64,000 nt of DNA from Octopus vulgaris (taxonomy: Eukaryota), in the NCBI GenBank assembly GCA_951406725.2, contig OX597816.1:93558001-93622000 (forward strand). The letters are read 5' to 3'. Numbering within the stretch: position 1 is the first letter of the stretch; the number at the start of each line of letters is the position of its first letter. The notes under the pieces were generated by a model. That model saw nothing but the letters and a program-made list of their open reading frames with translations, was not told where the DNA came from and ran no database searches. The position numbers and the translations under genes are program-made. This document shows, one piece after another, positions 1 to 11,478 of the stretch.

Positions 1-69
1 ATACCTATGTTGCCAAGTAGTGGTGTTTAAACTGGCTACGGACTAACCCAATCACTCTAGTAAGCCATG

Positions 70-280
70 GTGGGACTTGAACTCAGATCGTAAAGTGCCG
101 GAACATATACCGTAAAGCATCCGGTAAGTCCTGCCAATTCGCTGTCATGTATTTGTTGTTTTTATCGACATCGAAAACTTGAAAAAGTGAGTTGATTTCG
201 TTGAGATTTGAACTCAGAAAATCTGAACAAATACCGCGTAGCATTTTATTCACGCTCTAATGACAGCCATATCGCCGCCT
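70..280 (-). mobile_element. Two degenerate SINE family A fragments (tRNA-derived head)
   Basis: Reverse complement of the family A head and core: 'ttgaactcaga', 'aaataccgc..agcattt', 'tttatcgac..cgaaa', 'tcgccgcc'. These match the intact copy at 31363. Confidence 0.6.
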
Positions 281-2479
281 AGCTTGTGAGAGAAGTGAAC
301 TTGTTACCTCTAGTTTTGCAACATTATCATGTAACGTCTGATTTAGTTTTATTTATATATACCATTGACTCACTGATTACTTATCTAACAGTGGGACTAC
401 TTCAGAAAACAAGTTCGACTTTCCTTAGATATGTTCCCATGTAGCACACCTAAGGTAGCACACCTTCCAGATATTTCGGTTACTTATCTGTCTGGATGTG
501 GGTGGAAAAGACACACCTTTTGCACATTGCCATCCGAAGTCACTGAATAACCGTCGCAAGCACGAGAAAGAAAAGAAAAACGAAGGATAAAAATAAACAG
601 GATGTAGCCTTAATGGCGAGAAATTGCAAATAATACTCAGTTGAGCGTGACTGATGATGAACAAAAATAACAGTATTCATATAGATGTATTCCCTAGCCA
701 ACAAACAAAATAAAATTTTGGTCAACAAATTCTAATTAAGGGAGCAGTAGAGTCAAATCAATAGCAAGCGGAACAACCAAGTTAACCCTTAACGACTCAT
801 ACGGCTCGCCTTGATGTTTTGTTAAGTCTATGCCTAAGACCAATAGCTGGTGCTTAGCTGTAAATTGGCACAGAGAAGGAACAAGTTACTATTGGAAATA
901 ACAGCTGTGCTATATAATTAATTAATATTTCGTTAACTCTAAGTCCAAATAACTCCTCTAATGAATATGGCTTTTAGAAGCAACTTGCCTAAATATAGTG
1001 TATGTAGACGAAATCTTTAACGGTAACTCCTTAACATAAGTGTGGGCAAATAATATTTTAGATGAACTATTTTCTACAAAATGTTAGTTCCACTGATCTT
1101 TAGTATTTAACATTTTTATCATAACTCACCATTCTCGTTATGTACGAAGTGGTTCACTGACTTTGCTCGTCATATCCAAGAAAAGACAACTCATTCTCTC
1201 TATTTTTTTCCCAAATCAGCAGACACTATTAACAGAATAATATCACCACCTAAGTGGTGGTTTGCTGGGTTCATGGACAAGACACTTTATTTTTGCATGA
1301 TCAATATTTTATCTGCACAGTGGGTACCATGCATGCACAATTTAACGCTGTGAGTAGTAGTGGAAAGCATTATGCAATTAACAAGAATTTAATATCAACA
1401 TGTGTCGTGAGTGAGTATAGTTTAGAGAGAGGTTCTTCTGGGAGGAGATGGAATCTAACCTACTCACTGAAGAAGAGACAGACAAACAAACTGACTGACA
1501 GACAGAATCAGTTAGGGTGCTTTAGCAAAGTACGAGGCACATAAGGGATTATTTAAGATAAACCTGCATTAAATTGTCCTTAGATATTTAAGGGATGATC
1601 GTAGGTGCCAAGTCTATGGCCAACTTTTGAATAATTACACATCATAATTTCGTTAGCGAAAATAAACTTGGAAAAGATTTTATTAAACGAACTCATCCCT
1701 AAGCCTGTATTGATATTGCGTTCTCAATAATAACCGTAAAATTTTTTCTTTGTCATTTTGTTTAAGAATTTAATTTTTCTGGATATTATAGCATTGTTGT
1801 TCGATGGAAGATGCTAGATTTACTTGAGAATATACCGTTGTTGTATTACGGAAGACTGTAAACTTTGTTTAGTTTATAATGTTGAAATATGGAAGACTGT
1901 AGCTTTTGTTGTACCATGGTAGACTCAAGACTTAGTTCAGATTATATAATTTTCTTGCTATTGAAGAAGAGCATATAACGCAACTAGAGGTAATTAATTA
2001 ATGTTTGATAGGCTTTATGTTGAATGCTGGCAGAAAGCTTATAGAGAACAGCGACTGCCACATGGTTTCCATTACCAATTACATGCCCATTAAAGCCAAT
2101 GCACGTTACTAATGGATTTGAGAATAGTATGGATGCTATAACTACCCAGTTTTCTTCTAACCGAAAAAGTTATTCAGCTTAATCGATAGGAGGTAAATTT
2201 TCCACCAAAACAAAATGGATTTTGGTTTTAATCATTGTTTTCTGCTCTATTATGGTTCTCCGTTGCGTTTTACTTCTCAAGAATTCCATCTTTCTACGTC
2301 ACCGAGTGTAAAATCGTATACATTTACTTAGTGATTCTCTTGTACTAATTTGGTAGTATAGTAAATCATGTCTTACCTTGGATGTTCAGTACTCGACGGA
2401 GTTGTAGCGGCGCTATCGTGACATACGGTGTCTTAGGTATTTTTCTGTTCTACGTTCAACTACAGCGAATTTCTTCCAC

Positions 2480-2660
2480 TGAGAAAAAGAGGCGGGGTGA
2501 GAAACCGATAAAAAGAACATCTGTAGAATACCAGGCTGGCACTTCATTTATCAGGTCCGAAAGGAAGAAAGGCATTGCTAACCTCGGTAGAATTTGAACT
2601 CAGACTGCAGAGAGCCAAAACGATTATTAGCGGGAAAATTATCCGGCATTCAAATGATTC
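2480..2660 (-). mobile_element. SINE family A fragment
   Basis: 'tttatcaggtccgaaaggaagaaaggc...cctcggtagaatttgaactcaga' is the reverse complement of the family A core. Confidence 0.65.
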
Positions 2661-2856
2661 TGTCAAAGGGACCTTCTTCTACATTAAAGTCTATATTTCG
2701 CAGATAACTTACAAATATGACCAGTGTTTAATTCCTGTGCTAATGGAAGTGCTGTTATATTGGTCATAGATAAATAGTTTTTTTGTCTTCGCTGTATAAT
2801 TATGTAAAGTTCGATTTTCAACGGTCCTTATTTAAATTATATCAAAAAAATGTTAA

Positions 2857-3005
2857 CACGCAGGAGTGGCTGTGTGGTAAGTAGCTTGCTTACCAACCAC
2901 ATGGTTCCAGGTTCAGTCCCACTGCGTGGCATCTTCTGCTATAGCCCCGGGCCGACCAATGCCTTGTGAGTGGATTTGGTAGAGGGAAACTGAAAGAAGT
3001 CTGTC

Positions 3006-3081
<76 letters not shown>

Positions 3082-3308
3082 GTGTGTATATGTTTGTGTG
3101 TCTGTGTCTGTTCCCCTAGCATTGCTTGACAACCGATGCTGGTGTGTTTACGTCCCCGTCACTTAGCGGTTCGGCCAAAGAGACCGATAGAATAAGTACT
3201 GGGCTTACAAAGAATAAGTCCCGGGGTCGATTTGCTCGACTAAAGGCGGTGCTCCAGCATGGTCGCAGTCAAATGCCTGAAACAAGTAAAAGAGTAAAAG
3301 AGTAAAAG
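2857..3308 (+). mobile_element. Near full-length tRNA-derived SINE family B (octopus OR-like) with internal (TA)n/(TG)n tract
   Basis: Pol III A box 'tggctgtgtggt' and B box 'ggttcagtccc'. Body 'gccttgtgagtggatttggtag..gaaactgaaagaag', then a microsatellite, then a 3' part ending 'gaaacaagtaaaagagtaaaagag'. Many copies occur in the window. Confidence 0.85.
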
Positions 3309-3388
3309 ACTATGTTATTTATCATTAGCTTTATTGAGTTCGGGAAAAGATGAAGTGAAAAACATAACATTCATGCTTTTCTCTCTCA

Positions 3389-3434
<46 letters not shown>

Positions 3435-3554
3435 TCCCATCTCTCTTTCCCTTTCTCAAGAAATTTAATATCAAAAGTAAAACGAACGTGACTACAAACG
3501 TGAGTCGAAACAAGAGCGAGCTGATTACTCTCCTAGTTTACAAAGCTTACATGT

Positions 3555-3700
3555 GTGGCTCACTTCCCAGCCACATGGTTCAGGGTTCAGTCCAAGTGCG
3601 TAGTAACTTGGGCAAGTGTCTTCTACTATAGCCACGAGCCGACCAAAACCTTGTGAGTGGATTTGGTACTCAGAAACGGAAAGAAGCCAGTTGTGTGTGG
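3555..3700 (+). mobile_element. SINE family B 5' fragment
   Basis: 'ccacatggttcagggttcagtcc...cttgggcaagtgtcttctactatagcc...ccttgtgagtggatttggt'. Includes a CORE-like 'cttgggcaagt' motif. Confidence 0.8.
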
Positions 3701-3702
3701 GA

Positions 3703-3769
3703 ACAGTCTCAAGTGTAACAGGCCGAAACTGTAGTGATAACTGGAATCATGACTGATGAATAGAAAGCC
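3703..3769 (+). ncRNA. Non-circularly permuted hammerhead ribozyme motif (degenerate copy) in a Penelope-like terminal-repeat fragment (about 3700-3870)
   Basis: acagt-C (3703-3708) pairs with A-ctgt of GAAActgt (3725-3732). tca (3709-3711) pairs with tga before CTGATGA (3753-3759). ggc/gcc forms stem II after a short insert. Confidence 0.55.
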
Positions 3770-4043
3770 AAGAATGTTCCATCCTGGTTTTCCTGTCCAT
3801 CCTTGTATCGTCCATCTGTCCGTATGTTTTCATTGTCGTCCGTTACATTCTTGTTCCATTTTATTATTTATATATATACATATAACGGCGTACGTACACC
3901 TTTTGCTCAGTTATATATATAACTGTTGCAATGGGTCCATAACTAGCGTCTCAGCAATAACCTTGGAGCCCTAGTAATCCGTTACAGAACTTACCTAGCG
4001 TACCTAATCGTTTAGATCACTTGTGAACTAAACCCACATAGTT

Positions 4044-4091
<48 letters not shown>

Positions 4092-4115
<24 letters not shown>

Positions 4116-4315
4116 ATCCAAACATGAAAACGCAAAGTGAAAACACAACAACGCGAGGACATGGAACAAGTATAGTGTTATTGGACGCTCAGGAAAGAAA
4201 AGAAAGGAGGATTTAATGTTTTGAGCGGAGCTCTTCGTCAGAAACATAGGAAAAGGAAAGATCCAAGGAAGAGAAGACGGAGAGAGAAAATCGCCAACCA
4301 TACACACGCGGTCAT
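4092..4315 (-). mobile_element. Short Penelope-like/retrozyme-type element bounded by (TA)n, with a decayed minimal type I hammerhead (4211-4245)
   Basis: The minus strand reads gttt-CTGACGA-a-gagc-tcc-gctc-aAAA-ca-tt-aaat, where GAAACG has become AAAACA by two CpG transitions. It shares a downstream 'cctgagcg' motif with the elements at 36030 and 62530. Confidence 0.7.
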
Positions 4316-4394
4316 ATATATATATATAAACTTACTTGGAAGTGAATGCATGGTGTTCAATTAAATAATAATATTAATAATATATATGTGTGTG

Positions 4395-4775
4395 TGCATT
4401 CTTGTCTGTCTCTTGTCCAAGCTTTCTTCTTCGCGTTCGCCACCTCACCTCGCTTAGGCTTAACAACCCTTCCTGTTTGTTTTAACTGTCCTGTTTTTGT
4501 TACAAATTTTGGCCCTCCGCAAAATCCCAAATTTTATTTAATTTGCTTTGCGGAAGCAACTGTTTTATTGAAGGCGTATCTTGTTGAATTGCTCGAAATA
4601 CGGATTAGAAAAACATCCGACAACTGATGAAGGGTCGGTCATTATGTTACTTGTCTTCTCTTCCATTTGTTTCTTTCGTTGTTGCAAAAAAAGTTCATAT
4701 TCCATGTATTGGTATTTCGTATCTCATGTTTTCGTTTTTTTATGTTTACGTTCCGTGGCGTCCTGTTCCCACATA
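4395..4775 (+). mobile_element. Penelope-like terminal-repeat element (same family as 8098-8400 and 4951-5198)
   Basis: Shares 'ctgtcctgtttttg...ccgcaaaatcccaaattttatttaatttgctttgcgg' with the reverse complement of 8270-8340. It is flanked by microsatellites and carries a permuted HHR. Confidence 0.7.
4575..4635 (+). ncRNA. Non-circularly permuted (pseudoknotted) hammerhead ribozyme motif
   Basis: cgtat-C | ttgttg | aatt | gctc-GAAA-tacg | 15 nt | cgacaa-CTGATGA-a-gggt. Stem III is cgtat/atacg, stem I is ttgttg/cgacaa, stem II is gggt/gctc. The core is complete and the predicted cleavage triplet is AUC. Confidence 0.75.
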
Positions 4776-4913
4776 TGCACATGTATATACGTATAGATGT
4801 AAGTATGTACATATACATATGTAAATATACATACATACATACATACATACATACATACATACATACATACATACATACATACATACATACATAGACACAC
4901 ACACATACATTTA

Positions 4914-4950
<37 letters not shown>

Positions 4951-4952
<2 letters not shown>

Positions 4953-5198
4953 GGGTACAGGGCGTCACCAACAGTAAACAACATGAAATACGAAAACAAG
5001 TGAGTTAAATGCGCAAATAACGAGAGAAAATGGAAAACAAGAGAAGTAATATAAAGAATGACCCTTTATCAGCTGTCGGCTACCCATTACGAGTAGTATT
5101 ACTTGTCTTGTTTTCCATTTTTCTCTCGTTAATTGCGTATGTAACTGATTTGTTTTCGTATTTCATGTTGTTCACAGTTGGTGACAACCTGTACCCAT
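4951..5198. repeat. About 100-bp imperfect inverted repeat (fold-back Penelope-like terminal repeat)
   Basis: 4951-5051 'atgggtacagggcgtcaccaacag...gaagtaata' is the reverse complement of 5097-5198. The spacer holds a mutated HHR core strand on the minus strand (ccgacagctgataaagggtc). Confidence 0.85.
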
Positions 5199-5323
5199 AT
5201 ACTACTAATATATATATATACTAATATAGTTTTTTTTACAGAAAAAAAATTAATCAAAAAAGTGGCAGCATATTAAAATACCTTTAAAGGCTGTTTATCA
5301 TATATATATATAATTTATATTAA

Positions 5324-5395
<72 letters not shown>

Positions 5396-5399
5396 CATC

Positions 5400-5432
<33 letters not shown>

Positions 5433-5459
5433 TGTATGTATGTATGTATGTATGTATGT

Positions 5460-6130
5460 ATATATCTGTGCGTGTGTGTGTGCATCTTTTTGTCTGTGTT
5501 TGTTCCTCACCACCACTTGACAAGTGTTTCAGGTGTGTTTACGACCCCTTAACTTGAAGGTTCGACAAAACAGACCGATAGATTAAGTACCCGGCTTAAA
5601 AAATAAGTCCTGGGATCGATTAATCCGACTGAAAATTCAAGGTGCTGCCCCAGCATGACCGCAGTCTAATGACTGAAACTAGTAAAGGATAGAGGATAGG
5701 ATTGAACCTGAAACTACGTTTCTGAGAAGTAAATTTCTTAACCATGCGTGACCGTATGGTAAAAAGCTTGCTTCCCAGCCACACAGTTCCGGGTTCAGTC
5801 CCATAGTGTGGCCACTTGGGCAAGTGTCCTCTACTATACCCTCGGGCTGATCAAAGCATTGTGAGTGGATTTGGTTGACAGAAGCTGAAAGAAGCTAGTC
5901 GTGTGTGTGTTTGTGTGTGTGTGTGTATGTTTGCCCCATCCCACCGCCATCGTTTGACAGCCGATGCTGGTGTGTTTGTCTCCTCGTAACTTGCTGGTTT
6001 GGCAGAACAGACCGACCGAATAAGTACTAAGCTTACAAAGAATAAGCTCTGAGGTCGATTTCTTCGACTAAAACCCTTTATGGCGGTGCTCCAGCATCGC
6101 CGCAGTCAAATGACTGAAACAAGTAAAAGA
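5460..6130 (+). mobile_element. Two SINE family B copies (3' half at 5460-5690, near full-length at about 5745-6130)
   Basis: Same head, body and tail motifs as 2857-3308. Confidence 0.8.
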
Positions 6131-6352
6131 ATGCTCTGTTCCTCTTATTTTACTTCTCTCTTTCAGACTCTCTCTCTCTATTATCCTTTTGTCTCATATA
6201 TCTTTTATTGTTTTACTCTTCTTCTTATGTTGTTTTTTCCTTCTTTCCCAATGTCGCCTTTCTCCACTCTCGTTCATAATCTCTTCCTAATAAGTTTTTT
6301 CTTCTACCATTGCTGACCACTCTCTCCTTACCTCCTCCCCATCCTCCTCCTC

Positions 6353-6388
<36 letters not shown>

Positions 6389-7417
6389 TTGACACTGTAA
6401 CACCATTCCTACGAGGTGGACAGACGACTCAGACTGTGTGTGTATTACTGTCCATCGTTTCTCTAATTTAAGTCTCTGTCTCAATCTCTGTCATAATCTC
6501 AATCAATATTCCTTTCTTTTCTCTTCCCTTCGTTTTGTCATTGCTAACTCCCATTCCTCTCTCTATCATTCATTCATTCATTCTCCCCCCCCCTCTCTCT
6601 CTCAACATTTATGCTCTGTTGAGCTTAAAATACTGAGAACCTCCGAAAAGCTAAGTTTGTATAGCAAGCAAACAACAAGTTAATATTGTAGACTAACAGT
6701 GTAGACAAAAAAGAAATTCGGTCAACTATGACAACGGTTTCAGAGCTCTAGTGAAGCTGCTACACACTTCCATATATAATCAGCAAAATTCCAAATAATA
6801 TCATGTCATACAGTTTCGAGATATTATGTCTTGTCCACTCACACTGCAAAGGCAAATGTTACACAAAAGAAAAAATTGTCATGTTTTATTTAAATACAAT
6901 AAGCAATAACAATAATAATAAATTTAAACCAGTTATTAACTGATAAAACATGACTTGTACGCAATTTATATCCGATGGCATTACACCTGTGTTAAAAAGA
7001 CTTTCTTCTATTTCTTAAGCAAAATAAGACAATGGAACAAATAATATAAGCCAGTTATTTATTGACAATACATGACATGGACAGATTGAAAACACTTTAC
7101 ATAGTATCGTAGTATAACAAGTATATTCAGTATTTTTAATGTTGATGACCAAGATTAATATTCCAGCTGACACTACCGACGCCAGAATTCGTTCTTCTAG
7201 CTACACATAGAATTAATGAGGTCTTCTTCGAGGTGTGACATTTTTTCTTGAGACATTTTTTCCTTGTTTCAATAGTTACCCGGATGGGAGTGTGAATGAT
7301 TTTTGAGAAAGTTTATATTAATAACATATACTGACTATGCTCGTATTAACGTTTGTGTCTGTGAAGGTTTTAAAGTGCGGACACATACATACATACATAC
7401 ATACATACATACATACA

Positions 7418-7449
<32 letters not shown>

Positions 7450-7450
7450 C

Positions 7451-8097
7451 GTATATTAAGAGATAACCACTAAGTGGACACCCAATATGCTAGAAAAAGA
7501 TCACCTACGATCCAACTACAAAGAAAAGAATGATCTCTAGAGAAATTCAGCAAACACTAGAACATAAGCGGGTAAGACAGATGAAAATATATAAAATACA
7601 GAATTAATCGTAGACCGGTTTCGTCAATTACCGATAATTACTTACGTAATTTCTCGTCCGTAGACTCTTCAGTACGATCGATCCAATTCAATATAATATG
7701 CAGAACTATACACTAGTTGTTCCTATTAAATTAGATGTTTGCATAGTTCTACCGATTACATTGAGGTTATTTTCAAATGTCTAAGTTCTGGCGCGCTAAA
7801 TTCCGGAAACAGTTCCGCAGTAGTTAATTCACTGCAGTTAATGTTGCAGGTTAGAGAACATAATTATTTAAAATTTAAATAATGAGGGTGATAAATTGAA
7901 TATTAATTTAATTAATATCAATTTAAAACCAGTAGCCTAACATATAGAAAAATCTGAAAAGTCAGTAAATTTGTAATACATGTGTATATTAAGGGATAAC
8001 CACTAAGTGGACATCCAATATGCTAGAAGAAGATCACCTACGATCTAACAACAAAGAAAAGAATGTTATTTAAATTTTAAATAATTATGTTTCTCTA
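7451..8097 (-). mobile_element. Penelope-like terminal repeat: partial tandem duplication plus a short inverted piece
   Basis: About 82-bp direct repeat 'gtatattaag.gataaccactaagtggaca.ccaatatgctagaa...' at 7451 and 7984. 8066-8097 is the reverse complement of about 7852-7885. Contains a type I HHR. Confidence 0.75.
7607..7678 (-). ncRNA. Type I hammerhead ribozyme with intact core and enlarged loop II
   Basis: The minus strand reads atcgta-CTGAAGA-gtc-(about 38 nt)-gac-GAAA-ccgg-TC-tacgat. Stem I is 6 bp, stem III is the palindrome ACCGGT, and the cleavage triplet is GUC. Confidence 0.85.
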
Positions 8098-8400
8098 GAG
8101 AACAAAAACATAGAAAACAAACTTTTTTCGAATAACAAAAAAACAAAAAACAAATAGTGAAACAAGACAAGCAACACAAAGAACATCTCCTTCATCAGTT
8201 GTCCTCTGTTTTATCCACTCCGCGTTTCGAAGGTAGGGACAAGACGCGACTTCGTTAAAACAATCCTTCCCGCAAAGCAAATTAAATAAAATTTGGGATT
8301 TTTTTGCGGAGAGTTAAAGTGGTACCAAAAACAGGACAGTATATTACATGTATTAATATATGATCGAACGCCACACATCCATTTTCAAGTAAGTTTTTTC
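8098..8400 (-). mobile_element. Penelope-like terminal-repeat element (family of 4395-4775)
   Basis: Reverse-complement homology to 4490-4700. Carries a permuted HHR. Confidence 0.7.
8187..8248 (-). ncRNA. Non-circularly permuted (pseudoknotted) hammerhead ribozyme motif
   Basis: The minus strand reads cgcgt-C | ttgtcc | ctac | cttc-GAAA-cgcg | 16 nt | ggacaa-CTGATGA-a-ggag. All three stems pair and the cleavage triplet is GUC. Confidence 0.8.
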
Positions 8401-8471
<71 letters not shown>

Positions 8472-8696
8472 GTCCTTTACACTTTATATTGACATTTCTG
8501 TGATAACGATCCCTATTGATCGATTTTTTCTTCTTCCTTTTATTTTTATCCCCCCTTTTTTTGCTTTCCTCTTTCTTTTCTTTTACGATCCCTTTTGATC
8601 GAAAACCAAAACCCCTTTTTTTATCCCCAAAAAGAAAAACTCTACCTTGTAATTTGTCCCGTCTGTGTGCAGCCCTGTGTGGCTAATAAAGAAACA

Positions 8697-8804
<108 letters not shown>

Positions 8805-9077
8805 TATATATGTAAATATGGATCCATGTTTTACTACATATATACATGTGGTGCAATACACATATATATATGTATATATAAATATATATGTGTGTATGTA
8901 TGTGTATGTATGTATCTATGTATGCATGTATATGTGCGTATTTTGCATAAGCTATGAAACATTAACGCTTAGGCTTATAGTTTTTCACCGTATATTGACT
9001 AGGGAAAATAGTTCAATATTAGGGTACATAACCTCCGCCACGCACACACACACACTTAGACAAAAATATTGTTATTA

Positions 9078-9146
9078 GTATGCGTTGGAATCGAACTCAC
9101 ACCTCTTACTTTCGCGTTTAGTGTGCTGGCCGATTACACCAACCTT
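9078..9146 (-). pseudogene. tRNA-derived sequence (tRNA pseudogene or SINE head)
   Basis: The minus strand has an A box 'tggtgtaatcgg', D-stem gtgt/gcac and B box 'gagttcgattcc'. The acceptor and anticodon stems do not pair well. Confidence 0.5.
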
Positions 9147-9306
9147 GCTATATATATATATTTTTTTTTTGCTGTTAAATTTAGGAACTATGATGTCATA
9201 GCAGAATATGTGTAAACATGTACGTATTCTGCATAAGTTTAGAAACGGTGACGAGTGAAGATTTTTGTAAACATAATTAAGCCTAGAATTTTTCACAGTA
9301 TATTGG

Positions 9307-9378
<72 letters not shown>

Positions 9379-9869
9379 GCGACAGAAACAGTATTAATAA
9401 CAAAAGGTAAATTTTTTCTCCAATCATTATCACTCCAGTCATTATCTAAATGACTAATTTTAGATTAATAAAAAGGCAGAGAGAAAGAAAGAGCGTGAAT
9501 GGGAGCAAGCGAGAGTGTGAGAAAGAGAGAAATAGACGAGCAGACAAAGAACTTTGAAATCTTTATTAATTAAAATCGATTAATAAAGAAAGTAGTGGGG
9601 AGTGAGTTTGATCTCCTGTAGTATGGTGATAGCTTTGAACATACTTTAGTTGCTATTAAGCTTTTCCAGGGAAGTATAGTCTAATCGTTACAACAAATAT
9701 TATATAGACTTTAGAATGAGTACAAATGAAAACAGGGCGATTTTAATAAACTAATAAAAGGGGGACTTTGGTGGGTGGGTGTGTGTGTGTGCGTGCGTGC
9801 GTGTGTGTGTGTATGTGTGTGTGTGTGTGTGTGTGTTTAAGAGAAACTGAGAGAAAGAGAGCGAAGTCA

Positions 9870-10040
9870 CAGTTTCAAATTTTGGCACAAGACAAGCAAT
9901 CTCGGAGGAGGTCTGTGTTGATTACATCGACCTCATGTTCAATGGGTTCTTATTTTATCGACCTCGAAAGGATGAATGGAAAATTTGACTCGACAAAATT
10001 TGTTTTGGCACTGTAACGATTCTGCCAGATCGCCACCCTA
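9870..10040 (-). mobile_element. SINE family A fragment
   Basis: 'ttttatcgacctcgaaaggatgaatgg...aacgattctgccagatcgccacc' is the reverse complement of family A. Confidence 0.7.
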
Positions 10041-10559
10041 GAGAGTATAGACATATCAAAATTAAAAGTTAAAAAAAAAAACATGTAGATACGAACGTTT
10101 AATTTAATAAGTTCGCTTCGAAATCACGAGACGACTTGTTTAATTTCTTCACGTAACATTTATAGCAAGAGTATTTACTATAAGCTTAGCTCAAGCCAAG
10201 ATTTGTATGAGGAACTGTACGGAAGACCGTCAGATGGATTGAAACTTTAATATAAACGTCCAACCATTTTGCCCCTTCTGTGAAATATCATGTTAACTCT
10301 GCTGGTCTATGATTCTCCACGGTGTCCATATACTAAAATGAGGAACCGCGGTCGTATTTTAGGGGTCCCGATGTATTGTAAGAAGCAACTAAGTTTCTTT
10401 CTTTTACACTTTACACTGTGCAACTTGTTTCCGGCCACTCCCGGGGTAAGCCATTGCCAATCTACACAAGTGAATGCGTGAAAAACGAAATAGGAATTTT
10501 GAAAGAAGTAGCCATCATGATAAAATAGTAATCAAATTGGCCCATGGGTAGAAAAAAAT

Positions 10560-10900
10560 GGCTGAGCACCTGTAATCTAGATAATTCCATTGAACAACAA
10601 TGACACATTTCGTGAAAAAAAAGGAAGTTGAAGAAGAGGACAAAGGATTGAAACTCATCGTCCGAGAGGTAAAGAGATGAGTGGGACAGGGGAGCCTGAG
10701 AAGTGAAGGTACGGGACCAGCCAGTACAGACAAATAGAGGCTATTAGAGTAGCGGTAGAAAAGGCAAAGAGAGGAGTTGCCAGTGTGCATGTAGACCAGC
10801 GGGTGGAGTGTGCTTGTGAGTGAGTTATAAGACATTAGGTTGTAATTTGAGAGATATGTGGTAGTTATTTCTTGCAGGTCAGCGACCACGTAAAAATTTC
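10560..10900 (-). mobile_element. CR1/Jockey-like LINE 3' fragment
   Basis: Minus-strand translation 'LHPLVY...SSLCLFYRYSNSL' resembles the post-RT 'LxPLxxRR...SLxLFYRY' segment, also seen at about 45800. Confidence 0.5.
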
Positions 10901-11478
10901 GTTTGGTGAGACAATAATTACAGGTAATGAATGACATGGAGGAACGTGGGGTAGCCTAGGGACGAGAAAAAAAAAAACATCGATAGGTTGCTCGTATTAC
11001 CAGTCACTGGCAGTATGTGTGCGCGTGTGTGTATTTGTATTTGTGAGTGTAGGGGGAGAGGGGCCAAGAGGGGAGACGAAGCGAGAGAGAGAGAAACAAA
11101 AGAGTCGACAGATAGCTCCGTCGTCTACTGTTACGTAATTACGTAGAGCCTTATTACAACTGAAGACAGGTATCATCAACAGTTGCACAGATTACCGTGT
11201 AACTGGATGGTTGTAGCAATGCGTGCACATGATATCAAGGATGGGCTTGCATAAAATAAAGTTTTATTTAATTTTTCTTTCTTTGTGTTTAAATACCAAG
11301 TTGTATAGTGCAAGATTATACGTATAGTTACACGTGTGTACTAATGTTAGCTACTCACTCTCTCCCTTCCTTTCATTTCTCTCTTCTTCCCTACTCCTTC
11401 TCTCCCTTTCCTTCTTTATTTCCCTCTTTTTGTGTATATCTATAAAGTAACTATCCTGTGTTTGATATAGTTATTTAC

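Noticed and set aside
2861-2935. tRNA-like heads with A and B boxes (also 31363, 34754)
   Set aside because: They are 5' parts of high-copy SINEs and lack a full cloverleaf, so they were not called as tRNA genes.
2890-3166. ORFs with [20 protein letters not shown] or ERERER runs here and throughout (e.g. 8665-9078, 44313-44930, 61202-61861)
   Set aside because: These are stop-free translations of microsatellites, not proteins.
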